A stretch of DNA of 64,000 nt from contig OZ243961.1 in assembly GCA_965214605.1 (NCBI GenBank), positions 3,264,001-3,328,000 on the forward strand, written 5' to 3'. Positions within the stretch are counted from its first letter, which is position 1; each line of letters begins with the position of its first letter. The stretch comes from an uncultured Candidatus Binatia bacterium (GTDB lineage Bacteria > Desulfobacterota > Binatia > Bin18). The translations under genes were made by a program, and so were the position numbers. Shown piece after piece: positions 38,828 through 48,807 of this stretch. A model generated the notes under the pieces. The model was given only the letters and a program-made list of their open reading frames with translations, searched no databases and was not told the origin of the DNA.

Positions 38828-40076
38828 GAGCGGGTGGGTCCTCGCCCGTGGCCTTACCGTCAATACGGATACGGACCTGGATCGCCCGTCCGCCCTGTTC
38901 CTCCACTACCTCGGCCACCGCGTCCCGGAACCGAACGGTATCGCCAGCCCTGACTAACCGGTTCAGGCGGCTGACGAGCAGCCCTGATAGCGTGTCCACG
39001 CCGGGTGCGTATAGGTCAAGGCTGAGTTCCCGGTTGACCTGTTCGATGGGGAGCTGACCGCGCACCTGGAAGATGCCGGTCCCTTCGGGCACGATGTCCG
39101 GCGACTCGCTATCAAACTCATCCTGTACTGCGCCAACGATCTGCTCAACAACATTCTCCATCGTAATCACGCCAACGACCGAGCCGTATTCATCGTCAAC
39201 GAGGGCCATGTGCTGGTGGCTGCTCTGCATCTCTCGCAAGAGCCGGCTGAGCGGGAGGGTCTCGGGGATGTGGTGCAGGGGGCGGGCGATTGAGCTAAGA
39301 TCGATATCGGCATCATCGGCGATGCCGAGCAGGTCTTTGACGTGGATTAGCCCAATCACTTTATCCAAGGAGTCGACGCACAGGGGAAAGCGTGTGTGGC
39401 GGGTTCTTCTGGCGACCTCTAGGCACTTGTCCAGCGGCCAGTGGGCATCAAGGAAGGCGACATCTTGGCGAGCGACCATGACCTGGCGCGTCAGCATATC
39501 GTCAAAATGAAAGACGGCGTTGAGCAGTTGCAGTTCTGAGGCTGAGAGCTCGCCTGCCTGGCGGCCTAGCTGGATGTTGGCCTGAATCTCGCCCTCAGTG
39601 ATGGTCGGGCCGTCTCGGCGGCCGGTAAAGAAATCGGCAAACGCCCCAGTGACTCGGATGAGAGGGGACAACCCTGCCTGCATGAGCGTCAGCGGCCAGA
39701 CAATGAACTGCCAGAGGGTCCGCCAGTGGATGGCACCGTAGGTCTTGGGCAGAATCTCGCCGATGAACAGAATGGCAACGGTCAGCCCGACGGAGAAAAG
39801 CGGCACCCAGCCGGCGCCGAGAACCTGTGCAGCATACATCCCGCAGACGGTTGCGCCAGCCGTGTTAGCGATCGTGTTGAGGATCAGGATGGCCGAGGTC
39901 GGCCGGGCGATATTCGACTTCATGGCCATAAAGCGCTCGGCCAGGCGGGCGTATTTACCGTCTGCTCTCTGTGCCTCGAGCACCCCCACGCGGGTGGAAT
40001 ACAGGATGGTCTCGAACAGTGAGCAGACGCTTGAGATCAACACGGTCCCGCCAGCAATAACAAGCAGCATTGTCAT
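38817..40076 (-). CDS. CNNM/CorB (hemolysin family) protein with DUF21, CBS pair and CorC_HlyC domains
   Basis: GEILPK, HTRFP, GLIHVKDL, VDDEYG...EQIVGAVQDEFD, DTLSG. Confidence 0.9.
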   Translation of the reverse strand: MTMLLVIAGGTVLISSVCSLFETILYSTRVGVLEAQRADGKYARLAERFMAMKSNIARPTSAILILNTIANTAGATVCGMYAAQVLGAGWVPLFSVGLTVAILFIGEILPKTYGAIHWRTLWQFIVWPLTLMQAGLSPLIRVTGAFADFFTGRRDGPTITEGEIQANIQLGRQAGELSASELQLLNAVFHFDDMLTRQVMVARQDVAFLDAHWPLDKCLEVARRTRHTRFPLCVDSLDKVIGLIHVKDLLGIADDADIDLSSIARPLHHIPETLPLSRLLREMQSSHQHMALVDDEYGSVVGVITMENVVEQIVGAVQDEFDSESPDIVPEGTGIFQVRGQLPIEQVNRELSLDLYAPGVDTLSGLLVSRLNRLVRAGDTVRFRDAVAEVVEEQGGRAIQVRIRIDGKATGEDPPAPSH

Positions 40077-40105
40077 CTGTCCCGCTCCGTTCGGTGGAGG
40101 CTAAT

Positions 40106-41416
40106 TCACAACAAGGATGCAAACGCGGTCGCCAGCCCGAGAAAACTGAAGAAGCCAAAGACGTCGGTGACTGTGGTGAGCACGATTGACGAGGACTGGG
40201 CCGGGTCTTGCCCCATAGCGGCCAGGAGCACCGGGATGAGCGCCCCAGCAATCCCGGCGATGGCCATTGAGAGCACCATAGCGAGACCAATGACCAGCAC
40301 CAGCCCGGGCGAGCCGCTCCACAGGTAGACGCTGGCGCAGGTGACCAGGGCGACGCCCAGGCCGTTTACCAAACCGGCGGAGAACTCTTTGGCGACGACC
40401 TTAGGCCAGTGGCGCAGGGTGATCTCACGCAGGGCCAGCCCGCGTAGCACGACGGCCAGTGCCTGTGCTCCGGTATTGCCCGATTGTCCGGCAACGACTG
40501 GCAACAGGACGGCGAGCGCGGTGAAGCGCGCGATCGTATCCTCAAATATGCTGACCACAGAGGCTGCCAGGAAAGCGGTAACAAGATTGATCTGCAGCCA
40601 GGGGAGACGCTTGCGCACGGCGAAGCCGACTTTTGACAGGGCGCGTTCTTCTTTGCTGGCGCCGGTAATGCTGACGAGGTCGGCGGATGACTCTGTTTGC
40701 ACTGCTGACACCAGTTCGTTGAGCCGGATGACGCCAAGCGGCCTGTTGTCATAGTCCACCACAGGAATGCTGCTCAGCTTGTGACGCTCCATTGTCTCGA
40801 CGATCTCCTGACGGGCGGCGAATGCCGACACGGCCACTGGTGGGCCGGAGACGAGTACCGACAGCGGGCTTTGCGGCTCGGCGAGAATCACTTCGTGGAG
40901 CGGAACGGTTCCGACGAGACGTCCGGTGCTGTCCACGAGAAGCAGGGTGAACGGGCGTTGCCTGTGCCACGTGGCACGCAGCCGCGTCAGCGTGTCCTCG
41001 GCTGTCAGACCAAGTAGAAAAACGCCGATGCGGGGATCCATAAGGCGGCCAGCGCTGTCCGTGGGATAGTGCATGACGGAGCGTAGCTCGCGGGCCTCTC
41101 CTGGCGGAAAACCGGCTAGGAGGGCGTTGCATTGCGCTTCATCTAGTCCGCCCAACAGCGCTCCGACCTGAGGGGGATCGAGGTGGCGCAGAAGCGGCGG
41201 GGCGGCGGTAGGTTCGAGCTCTGCCAGGACATCGAGAGCTTTGGCTGGCGTTAGCCGGCGGAAGACCTCACGCGTTGTTTCTGGGGTCACTTGGCCGAGC
41301 ACCTCAGCCACCTCTGCGGCCGACCAGGTTTCGAGCTGGTCGGCGGTCTCCTCTGGATGGCGCTCAAAGAGGGTCTCAGCGAGCAGGCGTTCAATTGTTG
41401 GGCTAGGGGTTGACAC
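40106..41416 (-). CDS. mgtE: MgtE-family magnesium transporter
   Basis: YPTDSAGRLM, CBS pair, KRLPWL, GQSGNTGAQA, DPA...TTVTDVFG. GTG start at 41416 overlaps the upstream stop. Confidence 0.92.
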   Translation of the reverse strand: MSTPSPTIERLLAETLFERHPEETADQLETWSAAEVAEVLGQVTPETTREVFRRLTPAKALDVLAELEPTAAPPLLRHLDPPQVGALLGGLDEAQCNALLAGFPPGEARELRSVMHYPTDSAGRLMDPRIGVFLLGLTAEDTLTRLRATWHRQRPFTLLLVDSTGRLVGTVPLHEVILAEPQSPLSVLVSGPPVAVSAFAARQEIVETMERHKLSSIPVVDYDNRPLGVIRLNELVSAVQTESSADLVSITGASKEERALSKVGFAVRKRLPWLQINLVTAFLAASVVSIFEDTIARFTALAVLLPVVAGQSGNTGAQALAVVLRGLALREITLRHWPKVVAKEFSAGLVNGLGVALVTCASVYLWSGSPGLVLVIGLAMVLSMAIAGIAGALIPVLLAAMGQDPAQSSSIVLTTVTDVFGFFSFLGLATAFASLL

Positions 41417-42245
41417 GCTTTGTCGATCCCGGTTGCTGGCTCGCACGGGAGGCCGAGCGTGGTCCGCTCCAGATCTCACTGAGTCCGAGCGAATAGAACT
41501 CAGCCATAGCGGCAAGCAGGTGGAGTGAGGGGGAACGGGACTGAGGCGTGTCTAAACCTCGGAGGGTATCAGCGCTAATAGCACCCAGGAAGATTCCCTC
41601 GGAGTCTACGACGGCAAGCGGTTCCGCCGACACTGCCGCGCTGCTCAGGGTCGTCGCGCTGGCGTGGGAGGCCAGGGACCGGGCCGTGCTCAGCGCCAGA
41701 GAGGTGAGGGGCAGGTTACGGTTGCTGCCGAGCAGCTGGCCTGGGGTCACCGCGCCGAGGAGGCGCTGAGAGCGGTCGAGCACAAAGAGACGGGAAGGGA
41801 TCGGGCCGTGGCTTCCACTAAGTCGGTCTAGGGCCTGGGCGACGGTAAGGTCGGAGTGGAGGGTGAGGGCCACCGGGTCGGCGAGCGCACCGGCGGACTG
41901 GGCCGCATAGCTCAGGGCGCGGTCGAGCGGCGTGCGGACGGTAGTTGGGAGCCGGCCGAGTACCTCTTCCCGAACGGCTGGTTTGAACTGACGCAGGAGG
42001 GCGGCAGCGATTGATGGGGGGAGCTGGGAGAGGAGCAGCGAACGCTGTGTCTCGGGCCAGTGGATGAGGCAGGAGGCGGCCAGGGGAGACGCGAAGCAGG
42101 CGAGTACGCTGGCGGCGCACTTCACGGACGCCGGCTGCAGGAACGCAGCGATTTCGGCTGGAGCGTGTCGTTCCAGCACCCGCGCCGCCTCCTCTGGATA
42201 GTGCTGCAGATGGAAGTGGGCTATTGCCTGGATAGCGGTTCCCAT
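41403..42245 (-). CDS. Soluble MgtE N-terminal/CBS domain protein with no transmembrane part
   Basis: HYPEEAARVLE...LSYAAQSAGALADP...LFVLD parallels the N-terminal half of the adjacent MgtE; TGATG coupling at 42245. Confidence 0.8.
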   Translation of the reverse strand: MGTAIQAIAHFHLQHYPEEAARVLERHAPAEIAAFLQPASVKCAASVLACFASPLAASCLIHWPETQRSLLLSQLPPSIAAALLRQFKPAVREEVLGRLPTTVRTPLDRALSYAAQSAGALADPVALTLHSDLTVAQALDRLSGSHGPIPSRLFVLDRSQRLLGAVTPGQLLGSNRNLPLTSLALSTARSLASHASATTLSSAAVSAEPLAVVDSEGIFLGAISADTLRGLDTPQSRSPSLHLLAAMAEFYSLGLSEIWSGPRSASRASQQPGSTKRVNP

Positions 42246-43060
42246 CAGTCGCTCCCTACCACTACCGATATGTCGTCGCAATACTTACGGGCGGGAAGAT
42301 GGATCTGACCGTCAGCGGCGTCTAGCACGATGGTCGTCGGGGTGATTTCTCGCACAATGCCCTTAATGCCGGCGACCTGTACGGTGTCGCCGATCCGGTA
42401 GGCTTTTGCCGCGTAGTAGGAGGCCAGGATATTGGTGACGATCGGTCCTGAGCCCAGACCAAAGGCCAGGGCCATGCCGCCCAAGATCGTGGCCAACGCG
42501 ATGAAAATCGTGTTGGTGAAAAAACCGCTCTCCAGGCCGATTTCCTGCGCGCCGACAATCAGGGCAGCAACGAGGATGGCTGCCTGGGCTGCCCGGCCAA
42601 GAACTAGCGCATACTCCAGACCGGCAGCGGAGGCGGCTGTGGTAATCCACCGGTTGGCGACAATTCCGGCACCTAGTCCAATGAAGGCGAGCACGACCGC
42701 TAGGAGGACTCTCGGCAGATAGTGGGCGAGGCTTTGCAGCAAACCGGTGACGACCGGCAGGGGCAGCTTGTCGATCGCCGCGACCGCAAAGAACAACAGC
42801 ACAACCCAATACACGCCAGCCCCAATGACCCGGGGGGCGTTCTCGGCAAGCCTCGCGCCGCTGAGTCCGTCGGCGAGGCGAAACTGTCTGTTGATGCGAG
42901 CCACAAGGGCCGCAACAATTTTTCTACTCAGGAAGCGCAGGACGCCGGCTACGATCCAACCTGCCAGAAGCAGGCCTGCTGCCCCTAACGCGCCGGGCAA
43001 CAACGCGGTCAACCGCTCGGCTATCTGCTCCAGCATGGTCGTCCAACCCGGAAAGCTCAT
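42245..43060 (-). CDS. Small-conductance mechanosensitive channel-like protein (TM-helix/CmpX type)
   Basis: LPGALGA, YLPRVLLA, ALAFGLG...NILA, IGDTVQV...GIVREI beta domain; RBS AGGAG. Confidence 0.82.
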   Translation of the reverse strand: MSFPGWTTMLEQIAERLTALLPGALGAAGLLLAGWIVAGVLRFLSRKIVAALVARINRQFRLADGLSGARLAENAPRVIGAGVYWVVLLFFAVAAIDKLPLPVVTGLLQSLAHYLPRVLLAVVLAFIGLGAGIVANRWITTAASAAGLEYALVLGRAAQAAILVAALIVGAQEIGLESGFFTNTIFIALATILGGMALAFGLGSGPIVTNILASYYAAKAYRIGDTVQVAGIKGIVREITPTTIVLDAADGQIHLPARKYCDDISVVVGSD

Positions 43061-43084
43061 TCCTACTCCTGCACAAGCGCAGAA

Positions 43085-43111
43085 GGCGGGCTGCACGAGG
43101 TGCAGCCCGCC
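43085..43111 (-). terminator. Terminator-like hairpin downstream of the amidohydrolase gene
   Basis: Perfect 12-bp stem GGCGGGCTGCAC-gag-GTGCAGCCCGCC; only a short TTCT tail on the minus strand. Confidence 0.5.
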
Positions 43112-43159
43112 CAGGAACTGCGGTTAAAGCTGATAGTGAGCTTCGACCCAGAGTCGGGA

Positions 43160-44266
43160 CTAGTCCAGATCCATCCGATAGACTTTGACCGCATTATCAA
43201 ACACGATCTTTTTGGTGACCTCTTCCGGAACGCCGTCGAAGTCCTTTGCGATCCACTGCCGGGATTCCGGCCAAGTCGAATCGGTGTGCGGGAAGTCGGA
43301 CGCCCACATATAGTTGTCTTCTCCAAAGATCTTGTAGGTGGCCGGACCGACCGCGTCGTCCTGGAAGGTCCCCCACATCTGACGCCGGACATAATCGCTC
43401 GGCTTCATCGGCAGCGGGTTCTTCTCCATGATATTGAATTTCTCGTAGGCATGGTCCATGCGGTACATGAAGTGGGGGAACCAGCCAATGTCGTTCTCGG
43501 CCGAAACGATTTTCAGCTGGGGAAAACGCTCCAGCACCCCGCCAAAGATCAGCGTCGTCAGTGAACGTTGAATCTCATGAATCAGGTTCATGTAGAAGGA
43601 GCTGATCTGCTCAAAATTGACCTTGCTCTCCTTGCTCTTGCCGGTGATCACGTGTAGGGAGAGGGGCATGTCGAGGTCGGAGGCGGCCTGCCAGAACTTG
43701 TCATAGACGGGGCTGTTGTAAGGCTTGTCTTCCGGCGGTGAGCCCCAGATCATGGCTCCGCGCATGCCGAGCTTATGGGTGCGCTCCAGCTCCTTGACTG
43801 CGGCATCAATGTCGTACAGCGAGATCAGGCTGATCCCGTACAGGCGTTTGGGATTATGGGAGCAGAACTCGGCCACCCAGTCGTTATACACCCGGAAGCA
43901 GGCCCGTTGCAGATCGGCGTTTTCGAGACCGAACAGCGACATGCCAAGCGTGGTGTACAGCACCTCGGCCTCAACCCCGTCGATCTCCTGATCTTTAATC
44001 CGTTCTGCCGGGTCCCAACCGCTCGGCCGAGCCGCTTCATAACCCTTGTCAAGGTGGTCCTTGAGTTCCTGGCCCGAGCGGCCAGCCCCAAAACCACCGG
44101 CCACCGGAAATGGATCAATGCCCTCGGCTACAAAAATCAGCCCCGGTTTGTTGGGATTGTCAATGACTTTGGGGGCACGATCTTTATACTTGGCGTCAAG
44201 ACGCTCTACCCACAGTTCGGCCGGCTCCATCATATGGGAATCTGCCGAGACAACACGCATGCCCAT
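43160..44266 (-). CDS. Amidohydrolase_2 family protein
   Basis: SADSH, PLSLH, GGVLERFP, AENDIGW, WASDFPH; RBS AAGGAGG before the ATG at 44266. Confidence 0.92.
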   Translation of the reverse strand: MGMRVVSADSHMMEPAELWVERLDAKYKDRAPKVIDNPNKPGLIFVAEGIDPFPVAGGFGAGRSGQELKDHLDKGYEAARPSGWDPAERIKDQEIDGVEAEVLYTTLGMSLFGLENADLQRACFRVYNDWVAEFCSHNPKRLYGISLISLYDIDAAVKELERTHKLGMRGAMIWGSPPEDKPYNSPVYDKFWQAASDLDMPLSLHVITGKSKESKVNFEQISSFYMNLIHEIQRSLTTLIFGGVLERFPQLKIVSAENDIGWFPHFMYRMDHAYEKFNIMEKNPLPMKPSDYVRRQMWGTFQDDAVGPATYKIFGEDNYMWASDFPHTDSTWPESRQWIAKDFDGVPEEVTKKIVFDNAVKVYRMDLD

Positions 44267-44525
44267 ACTAGATCCTCCTTCAATAAAGTTTGAGTATCGG
44301 TCCACTCCAGTCGGATATCAGCCTCAGACAGAAGAATACCGCTGGTGTTGGATCTCTAGGGGAGTGTTTCGCATACGGGAGATATACTGTCAAGTTATGG
44401 TGAATGAGCATTCAGCTCCGTGGTGCTCAGCCGAGGCCGGTCGCGCCCGACAATCTGGCAGTGGACTAAAGTGGGACGGAGTGGGGGGGGGAGGGAGCGG
44501 CAGACGTTCTGTGCGCCTCCTGTGT

Positions 44526-45119
44526 TCAGGTTTTCGCAATAAGTTCTAAAAATCCGCGGAGCATACGGTACGTCAGGCCCCAAATCGTCTTTCCGCCGTA
44601 GAGCAGGGCGGGCACCTGAATTGATGTCCCGTCGTGTAGGTCACGCCGCACCTGCCGCTCGACGTCGTCTTTTTGCATAAAGGCCAGCGGCACCCAAATC
44701 GTATCCTGGACCTCAATCGGATCGGGGTCCGGACGCGCCTGTGTGGACACCAGGTAGACATACGGGGCGACGGTCATAGGGAGGGCTCGTCCACGCGCCG
44801 TAGCCTGAACCGCTGGGAGATGTCCCAGATACTCGCCGTGCTGCCCGAGGTCGATGCCGACTTCTTCTTTGGTCTCGCGTTGGGTTGTGACCAGCAAACT
44901 GGGGTCCTCCGGCTCTTGGCGACCGCCGGGGAAGGCCATATGTCCGGACCAGGGGTCCCGGGGATGATGGGCGCGATGGATAAACAGCATATGGAGGTCG
45001 TCCCGCTGTGGCTGCAAGAGGAGGGCGACGCCGGCCCGCATTTCGGCTTCCAGTGACGGAGGGGCAAATTGATGGCTGGCCAGGCTCCGACGAATCTGCG
45101 CAATTTTTCCTTCTAGCAT
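44526..45119 (-). CDS. Nudix hydrolase, CoA pyrophosphatase subfamily
   Basis: SGHMAFPGG, Nudix box ...RETKEEVG, IWGLT. Confidence 0.9.
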   Translation of the reverse strand: MLEGKIAQIRRSLASHQFAPPSLEAEMRAGVALLLQPQRDDLHMLFIHRAHHPRDPWSGHMAFPGGRQEPEDPSLLVTTQRETKEEVGIDLGQHGEYLGHLPAVQATARGRALPMTVAPYVYLVSTQARPDPDPIEVQDTIWVPLAFMQKDDVERQVRRDLHDGTSIQVPALLYGGKTIWGLTYRMLRGFLELIAKT

Positions 45120-45178
45120 ACCATCTCCTGAATCATGGCCGCATGTGTGACAGCACGGAGCAGGAAGATCACGGTTGG

Positions 45179-45415
45179 TTACTGTTGGGAGCTTTCTTCC
45201 TGATTTGCGTCTTTGAGCGCGTCGAGGACCGCGTTGGCACGCTGGACGTGAACTTGGACCTCAAGGATTTGGTTGAGCAGCCGGCTGATGTAGGTCCGAG
45301 CTTCTTCGGTTTGGGGGCCAAGACCTTTGACGAGCTGGGTCGCAGTGCCGATCCCCTGCGTCGCTTGATTCACCGCGCTTTTGATCTCCGCAAAGGTCTC
45401 TGTATCGATAATCAT
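45179..45415 (-). CDS. Small helical-hairpin hypothetical protein (78 aa)
   Basis: Strong RBS GAGGAGAGG; two amphipathic helices around a GLGP turn. Confidence 0.72.
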   Translation of the reverse strand: MIIDTETFAEIKSAVNQATQGIGTATQLVKGLGPQTEEARTYISRLLNQILEVQVHVQRANAVLDALKDANQEESSQQ

Positions 45416-45622
45416 AGCCTCTCCTCTCTAGAGATCAGGGCTCAGCCAGGCTGTCTCTACCCATACCGGCAGAGTATTAGCGAGAATCAAGCGAACGTCA
45501 ATCCAGCTCTTGGAAGTCAAAGACTGCCACATCTCCCGACCCTTGACTTCGCTGGCCGAGATGGCTGATACTTGCCCCTTCATGTCTGCTGGACAAGTTG
45601 AAGCGTAACGAAAGACCGAGCA

Positions 45623-46828
45623 ATGAGACAAGCCCTGAGTGGAATTCGTGTTGTTGACCTCAGCCATTATATCGCGGGTCCGTACTGTACGAAGCTGCTA
45701 GCCGACTACGGGGCTGAGGTGGTGAAGATCGAAAAACCTCAGGAGGGCGACGGGGGGCGAGGACTGGCGCCTTTTTTTGCCGACCGAGCGGGTCTGGAAC
45801 GGAGCGCCCTGTTCTTCTTTTTGAATACCAGCAAAAAGGGCGTCACGCTTGATCTCAAAACCGACCGTGGGTGTGAGATTGTCTGTCAGCTTCTTGGCCA
45901 GGCCGATGTGTTGGTCGAAAATTTCCGGCCCGGTGTGTTGGAACGTTTGGGTTTGACCGAGGAAGTACTCGAGCGGGCCAATCCCCGCCTCGTCCATACG
46001 TCTATCTCTAACTTCGGCTCTTCCGGGCCGTATCGGGACTACAGCCTGACCGACGGCGTGGCGTATGCCCTGGGCGGCTGGACCTATCCCATGGGAGAGC
46101 TAGACCGCCCACCTGTCCAGCCAGGCGGCGCGTTTGGCCAGTATGTTGCCGGTCTGTATGCCGCCATTGGGACGCTGCAAGCGGTTCGCAATCGGGCCAC
46201 CCTAGATGCAGTCCAACATCTTGAGGTTTCGATTCAGGAAGCCCTAATCGCCACCACCCTGTACGATTTTGTGGCCTTCTCGTACTCTGGGTTTGTGCGT
46301 CAGCGCTCGGGCCGCCAGTTCCACCTCGGATTTCCAAACCTGGCTACCCTGCCGTGTGCCGATGGCTATGTCGGGATTCATGCCGGTTTGCCGCACCAGA
46401 TCCATGCCTTGTTGGAGATGGTGGGCAGATCTGATCTGGCCAATGACCCCCGCTTCCAGACGCTGGCCACCCTGGGCGCGCATGCCAAGGAGCTACACGA
46501 CGCCCTCCTGCCGTGGCTGCACGACCAAAAAAAGGAAGACGTCTACCATACCGCCCAGGCCCGCGGTATTCCGGTATGCCCGATTCCGTCTCCCAAAGAA
46601 GTGGTGGAATGGGCGCAACTGAAAGAACGCGGGCATTTTCTTGAAATTGAGCACCCCGAGGGCGGTCGGGTTAAGATTCCGGGACCTCCGTTTCGGGAGT
46701 ATGGGGAACCGCTGTGGCCGTTGACCCGCGCGCCGTTGTTGGGCGAGCACACCGCAGAGGTGTTGCAGACGCGTTTGGGGTATTCGGCAGCTACAATACA
46801 GGGCTTGCGGGATGAGGGGATAGTCTAA
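45623..46828 (+). CDS. Family III CoA-transferase subunit apparently lacking the catalytic Asp
   Basis: LSGIRVVDLSHYIAGP, NTSKKGVTLD, ENFRPG, APLLGEHT; GAFGQYVAG at the expected Asp position. Confidence 0.9.
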   Translation: MRQALSGIRVVDLSHYIAGPYCTKLLADYGAEVVKIEKPQEGDGGRGLAPFFADRAGLERSALFFFLNTSKKGVTLDLKTDRGCEIVCQLLGQADVLVENFRPGVLERLGLTEEVLERANPRLVHTSISNFGSSGPYRDYSLTDGVAYALGGWTYPMGELDRPPVQPGGAFGQYVAGLYAAIGTLQAVRNRATLDAVQHLEVSIQEALIATTLYDFVAFSYSGFVRQRSGRQFHLGFPNLATLPCADGYVGIHAGLPHQIHALLEMVGRSDLANDPRFQTLATLGAHAKELHDALLPWLHDQKKEDVYHTAQARGIPVCPIPSPKEVVEWAQLKERGHFLEIEHPEGGRVKIPGPPFREYGEPLWPLTRAPLLGEHTAEVLQTRLGYSAATIQGLRDEGIV

Positions 46829-46882
46829 CGGATGACCTCTTTCGGAAGATCGGTCGTCGTTCATCGTAACAAGGAGACAGTC

Positions 46883-48109
46883 ATGAGCAAACCACTCCGT
46901 ATCGTCGATCTGACCAATGGCTGGGCAGGGCCGATGGGCACCTGTTTGCTGGGCGATTTTGGTGCTGAGGTGATCAAAGTTGAGTCCCCGTCACATATGG
47001 ACTGGTGGCGTGGGGCGGGTCTTCAAGGCTCGGACGACGGCCCCAAGCTGTACGAACAGTCGCCAACCTTCAATACGGTTAATCGCAATAAGATCGGTAT
47101 TGCTCTGGAACTGACCCATCCGCGCGGCCGCGAGCTGTTCAAGGCCCTGATTCGGGTCAGCGATGTGCTGGTTGCCAACTATCCGCCGCGTATTCTGCGG
47201 AAACTGGACATTGACTTTGGGGTGCTGTCCGCGGTCAACCCTCGTCTGGTGATGGTGACCTTGCCAGCGTTTGGCAACACCGGCCCGGAAAGTGAGTATG
47301 TCGGCTTTGGCTGTACGACCGAAGCGATGGCCGGCATTACCGGTGTGACGGGCTACGAAGGCGGACCGCCGCAGATGCTGAGCAACGCCATTGGTGATCC
47401 GGTTTCAGCGCTCAACGCCTGTTTTGCTTCCCTGGTCGGGGTATTTGAACAAGAGCGGCGTGGTCAGGGGGTGTCGATAGATCTTTCGCACGTGGAGGGC
47501 TTGCTGCCGCTCAACGCCGAAGCCCTGCTTGACTACACGGTCAATGAACGGGTGCAGGAACCGATTGGCAACCGCCATCGGACTTTGGCGCCGCACGGCT
47601 GTTATCCGTGTGCGGGTGATGATGGCTGGGTGATGATCACGATCGCCTCTGATGCCGAGTGGCAGAATTTCTGCCGCGTCCTCGGCAATCCCTCCTGGAG
47701 TCAAAACGAAGGCTTTGCCACTGTCGCAGGGAGAAAGGCGGCTGAGGATGAACTGGACGCCCACATTGCCGCCTGGACCAAACACCACGAACATACTGCC
47801 GTGATGGAGCAGTTACAGCGGGCTGGCGTAACGGCTGGAGCCGTTCTGTCGGGACCGGAGGTGATGAGCGATGCGCAACTGGCCGCTCGCGAATTTCTGC
47901 TGGCTATTGATCGGGAAGAGGCCGGGATGCATCTATATCCGGGATTTGTTCCCGCCTTCCACACCACACCCTCCGAGGTGAGAACGCCGGCGCCGTGTTT
48001 TGGCCAACACAACGCCGATGTGTTTGGTCGTATCCTAGGTCTGTCGGCCAAAGAAATTCAACAGCTTGAAAACGAGCGGATTATCAGTCACGAGCCGATT
48101 CTGCCCTAA
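46883..48109 (+). CDS. Family III CoA-transferase, catalytic Asp present
   Basis: VDLTNGWAGP, NRNK, NAIGDPVSA, APCFGQHN; RBS AAGGAG before the ATG at 46883. Confidence 0.92.
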   Translation: MSKPLRIVDLTNGWAGPMGTCLLGDFGAEVIKVESPSHMDWWRGAGLQGSDDGPKLYEQSPTFNTVNRNKIGIALELTHPRGRELFKALIRVSDVLVANYPPRILRKLDIDFGVLSAVNPRLVMVTLPAFGNTGPESEYVGFGCTTEAMAGITGVTGYEGGPPQMLSNAIGDPVSALNACFASLVGVFEQERRGQGVSIDLSHVEGLLPLNAEALLDYTVNERVQEPIGNRHRTLAPHGCYPCAGDDGWVMITIASDAEWQNFCRVLGNPSWSQNEGFATVAGRKAAEDELDAHIAAWTKHHEHTAVMEQLQRAGVTAGAVLSGPEVMSDAQLAAREFLLAIDREEAGMHLYPGFVPAFHTTPSEVRTPAPCFGQHNADVFGRILGLSAKEIQQLENERIISHEPILP

Positions 48110-48121
48110 GTCTGGGCACGT

Positions 48122-48799
48122 TCAGCCCCAGCTGCCCCGTTGACTGGGCAGGCTGAGGGCTTGGCTCAGGCGGGTGAGGAACTCCGTGCGGGGGATTTCA
48201 TACGCCCCCAGCCTGTACAGGTGGGGGGTGCCGATCTGGCAGTCGATCAGGCTAAACTCCCATTCCTTGAGCCGCCGCGCGAGGCTGAAAAACGCGACTT
48301 TCGAGGCGTTGGAGACACGGGTGAACATGGACTCGCCAAAGAAGGCTCTCCCAAGACTCACCCCATATATCCCGCCGGCCAAGCACTGTCCGTCCCAAGC
48401 CTCAACCGAGTGAGTAAATCCGGCGTGATGCAGGTTGCAATAGGCCTCAATCATCTCTGGGATGAGCCAGGTGTCCTTGCCGTTGGCTAGACGTGTCTCG
48501 GCACACGCCCGAATCACCGAGCTGAACGCCTGGTCGAAGGTAATAGTGAAGCGTTGTTGTTTGATCAGCCGCTTGAGGCTGCGCGAGGCGTGAAATTCTT
48601 CGGGTTTTAAAACACAGCGTCTCGCCGGACTCCACCACAAAATTTCTTCGCCTTCCCCGTACCACGGAAAAATGCCCAGCTGGTAGGCGAACAGCAAGCG
48701 CTCAACTCCGAGGTCTCCGCCAACGGCCAAAAGGCCTTTTGGATCAGCCAGTTCAGGGTCGGGAAAGACTAGCTCTTGGCTCAACTGGTAGACTGGCAT
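48122..48799 (-). CDS. aat: Leucyl/phenylalanyl-tRNA--protein transferase
   Basis: GLLAVGGDL, GIFPW, WWSP, HSVEAW, FFGESMF, NASKVA, IDCQ. Confidence 0.96.
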   Translation of the reverse strand: MPVYQLSQELVFPDPELADPKGLLAVGGDLGVERLLFAYQLGIFPWYGEGEEILWWSPARRCVLKPEEFHASRSLKRLIKQQRFTITFDQAFSSVIRACAETRLANGKDTWLIPEMIEAYCNLHHAGFTHSVEAWDGQCLAGGIYGVSLGRAFFGESMFTRVSNASKVAFFSLARRLKEWEFSLIDCQIGTPHLYRLGAYEIPRTEFLTRLSQALSLPSQRGSWG

Positions 48800-48807
48800 A
48801 AGCGTGA

